Of a stretch of 64,000 nucleotides of DNA, positions 62,214-64,000 are shown in pieces. A model generated the notes under the pieces. It did not search any database. It had not been told where the DNA came from and saw only the letters and a program-made list of their open reading frames with translations. The translations under genes and the position numbers were made by a program. Source of the DNA: Schmidtea nova (lineage: Eukaryota); contig CM097883.1 in assembly GCA_044892505.1 (NCBI GenBank), forward strand, positions 236,654,001 through 236,718,000, read 5' to 3'. The first letter of the stretch is position 1, and each line of letters begins with the position of its first letter.

Positions 62214-62648
62214 TTAATTAATTAATGTATTTATTTCATTAATTATATTTTCCACATAATTTTTAAAATCTAAAGTTTTAATTCCAAGCATAACTACTTT
62301 TCCGCTGCCAAAGACATTGACACATACTGGATCAAATTTCTGTAGACGTAATGCTGGGAATATTTCTGGTTCGAACCAACAACGACATTTCTTTTGTAAT
62401 TCATATAAATTAATAAATTTGCCGACATCGACCGTTACAGTAATTGATTGAATCTCTAAATTTTTAATCTTGAATTTCAAATCCCCCGGCTTTAACGGTT
62501 GTTTGCATCCCATTACCCGACACTTGCCAGATTTGAAGAAGATGATGGCGTACTTGCCGCTTCTGTCAATAACTTGTTTCGGTTTGCCACTCGGGAATAT
62601 CATGCCGGGAACTAAACATTTACCTTTATAATTGATGTTGCTCAACAT
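62214..62648 (-). CDS. TBP: Viral TATA-box-binding-protein-like protein, 144 aa, intact
   Basis: Two TBP repeats: IIFFKSGKCRVMG and [37 protein letters not shown] (cf. TBP IQNMV..YEPELFPGL..LLIFVSGKVVLTG). Confidence 0.92.
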   Translation of the reverse strand: MLSNINYKGKCLVPGMIFPSGKPKQVIDRSGKYAIIFFKSGKCRVMGCKQPLKPGDLKFKIKNLEIQSITVTVDVGKFINLYELQKKCRCWFEPEIFPALRLQKFDPVCVNVFGSGKVVMLGIKTLDFKNYVENIINEINTLIN

Positions 62649-62703
62649 TTTTGATTAATTAAACAAATATAAACAATATTAATTAATTAATTAATTAATT
62701 AAA

Positions 62704-63327
62704 ATGGAATTAAGAAATGATGCCGTATATCAAATAGTAGGACCCAGCGGGAGTGGGAAAACCTTGTTTGTATGTAAATTATTACAATCAAAAATGTTTA
62801 AATCGCAATTCAATAAAATTTATTGGCATCGGGGTGCTGATGAAGAACATGGATTGACTCAAGATCAGTTTTGTAAATTAAAAATGACTATTATAAAAGG
62901 TTTTGACAAAAATTGGTCATCTAGATTACAACATGGTTATGTTATAATTATCGATGACTTGTATCAGGAAGCCAATAAAGAAAAAGATTTCAACAATTTA
63001 TTTACAAAAATTGGTAGACACTTGGGTGTTACAGTTATTTTCATTACTCAAAATTTATTCCATCAAGGTGGTAGTCATAGAACCCGGAATTTAAATGTAC
63101 AATATTTGGTTATATTCAAAAACCCCCGAGATGCAACAATTATTGATTTTCTTGCAAGACAAGCATACCCTAATGATAGAAAATTTTTACTTGATTCATT
63201 TCAAGATGCAACTAAAATTCCTCATGGATATCTGTTTTTCGACTTTACACAACAATGTCCTGATGATTTACGTATAAGAACTGATCTTTTCAATGAAAAA
63301 GGTATAACAGTTTATAAACAAAATTGA
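62704..63327 (+). CDS. Polinton packaging ATPase (A32/FtsK-HerA type), intact
   Basis: Walker A GPSGSGKT; Walker B IIIDD; [13 protein letters not shown]; R-N..YLVIFKNPRD; PHGYLFFD. Confidence 0.95.
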   Translation: MELRNDAVYQIVGPSGSGKTLFVCKLLQSKMFKSQFNKIYWHRGADEEHGLTQDQFCKLKMTIIKGFDKNWSSRLQHGYVIIIDDLYQEANKEKDFNNLFTKIGRHLGVTVIFITQNLFHQGGSHRTRNLNVQYLVIFKNPRDATIIDFLARQAYPNDRKFLLDSFQDATKIPHGYLFFDFTQQCPDDLRIRTDLFNEKGITVYKQN

Positions 63328-63350
63328 AATCGTAAAATTAATTAATTAAA

Positions 63351-63500
63351 ATGTCATTCAAAAAAGTCGTTGTTCGACCCGTTATTGGAAAATCCGATAA
63401 ACAACAAAACTTAAAGGTAAAGAAGATGTCATTAAAGAAGATATCATTGAAAAAGAAGTCAAAAATCAAGAAATCAAAGAAGAAATGGATTAAATTATAA
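63351..63500 (+). CDS. 49-aa Lys-rich ORF (putative core/DNA-condensing protein)
   Basis: MSFKKVVVRPVIGKSDKQQNLKVKKMSLKKISLKKKSKIKKSKKKWIKL; same upstream context as the ATPase. Confidence 0.5.
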   Translation: MSFKKVVVRPVIGKSDKQQNLKVKKMSLKKISLKKKSKIKKSKKKWIKL

Positions 63501-63530
63501 ACAAAACAAATTGTGAAAAATCTGCTAATA

Positions 63531-63860
63531 ATGAAAATTGAACGCAGTTTACCATATTTTAATGCCTTGATAAAGGCTCCAATTAATAAACGTATGATAA
63601 TCTTACAGGCTTTTCCCCCATTTGTTATTGATGATTTGCTTGAGGTTATTGTTAATGTAATTCGTGGTAATGTAAATATTAGTAAAGCCAAAAGATTACG
63701 GCTACAAAAACATAAAAGATCACTTTTATCACTAGTCAACACTAAAAATCGTAATCTTATGCGTAAGATAATTTATAAACAAAATGGTGGTTTCCTAGGT
63801 ACATTAATTCCAATAGTATTATCAGCTATAAGTGCAATTTCATCATTAAATGGGAACTAA
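63531..63860 (+). CDS. Conserved Polinton small protein ending QNGG/FLGTLIPIVLSAI
   Basis: Basic N-terminal region, GG-F putative adenain site, C-terminal amphipathic helix. Confidence 0.75.
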   Translation: MKIERSLPYFNALIKAPINKRMIILQAFPPFVIDDLLEVIVNVIRGNVNISKAKRLRLQKHKRSLLSLVNTKNRNLMRKIIYKQNGGFLGTLIPIVLSAISAISSLNGN

Positions 63861-64000
63861 AAATTCAATACCCGATAAACATAATTTAGACTTGAATATA
63901 TTAACATCTTGTTGTAACAATGAAGGAAATATTAACCAAAAAGAAGGTATCCAAAAATCAATTAAAAAAGATTTGGACAAACCCAAAAGATCCCGATGGG

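Larger units (their letters stand above)
60465..64000. mobile_element. Polinton copy D (left part; best-preserved ORFs)
   Basis: AGTAG start at the point where C polB homology stops. Then polB 3' end, Cys gene, TBP, ATPase, basic ORF, GGFL ORF and integrase start (NQLKKIWTNPKDPDG at the window end). Confidence 0.8.

Noticed and set aside
62214-62648. Interpretation as the host TBP gene
   Set aside because: Too short and divergent in repeat 1, intronless, and embedded in the same viral cassette in two copies.

Overview
AT-rich animal (probably invertebrate) genomic DNA with about 20 assembly gaps. The backbone is the 3' part of one host CLCA-like gene (vWA + FN3-like + C-terminal hydrophobic tail). 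I can trace it through 8 splice-phase-compatible exons on the + strand (6227-56598); three of its introns are 13.7-17.6 kb and packed with mobile DNA. The dominant content is four Polinton/Maverick (adintovirus-like) copies: A ~10.2-16.6 kb; B 22698-38732, with both long TIRs and a 6-bp AAATTT TSD; C ~56.8-60.46 kb; and D from 60465 onward, apparently inserted into C's polymerase. These elements have unusual features: (i) their own minimal TATA-binding protein gene, head-to-head with the packaging ATPase; (ii) 39-53 nt GT-AG introns in the integrase, the protease and a Cys-rich gene; (iii) a conserved unknown gene inside the TIR; (iv) terminal arrays of bZIP-type sites. Also present: a co-oriented mosaic of host housekeeping-gene fragments (SMC2, DDX6-like, TPR, beta-tubulin), an intact hAT inside a mariner, a mariner-in-hAT-in-Polinton nest, a Chapaev/Transib-like pseudogene, a Penelope fragment, a MULE foldback, hAT MITEs, and a Gypsy element split with its 5' half inverted. 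All family assignments come from motif recognition by eye; no searches were run.
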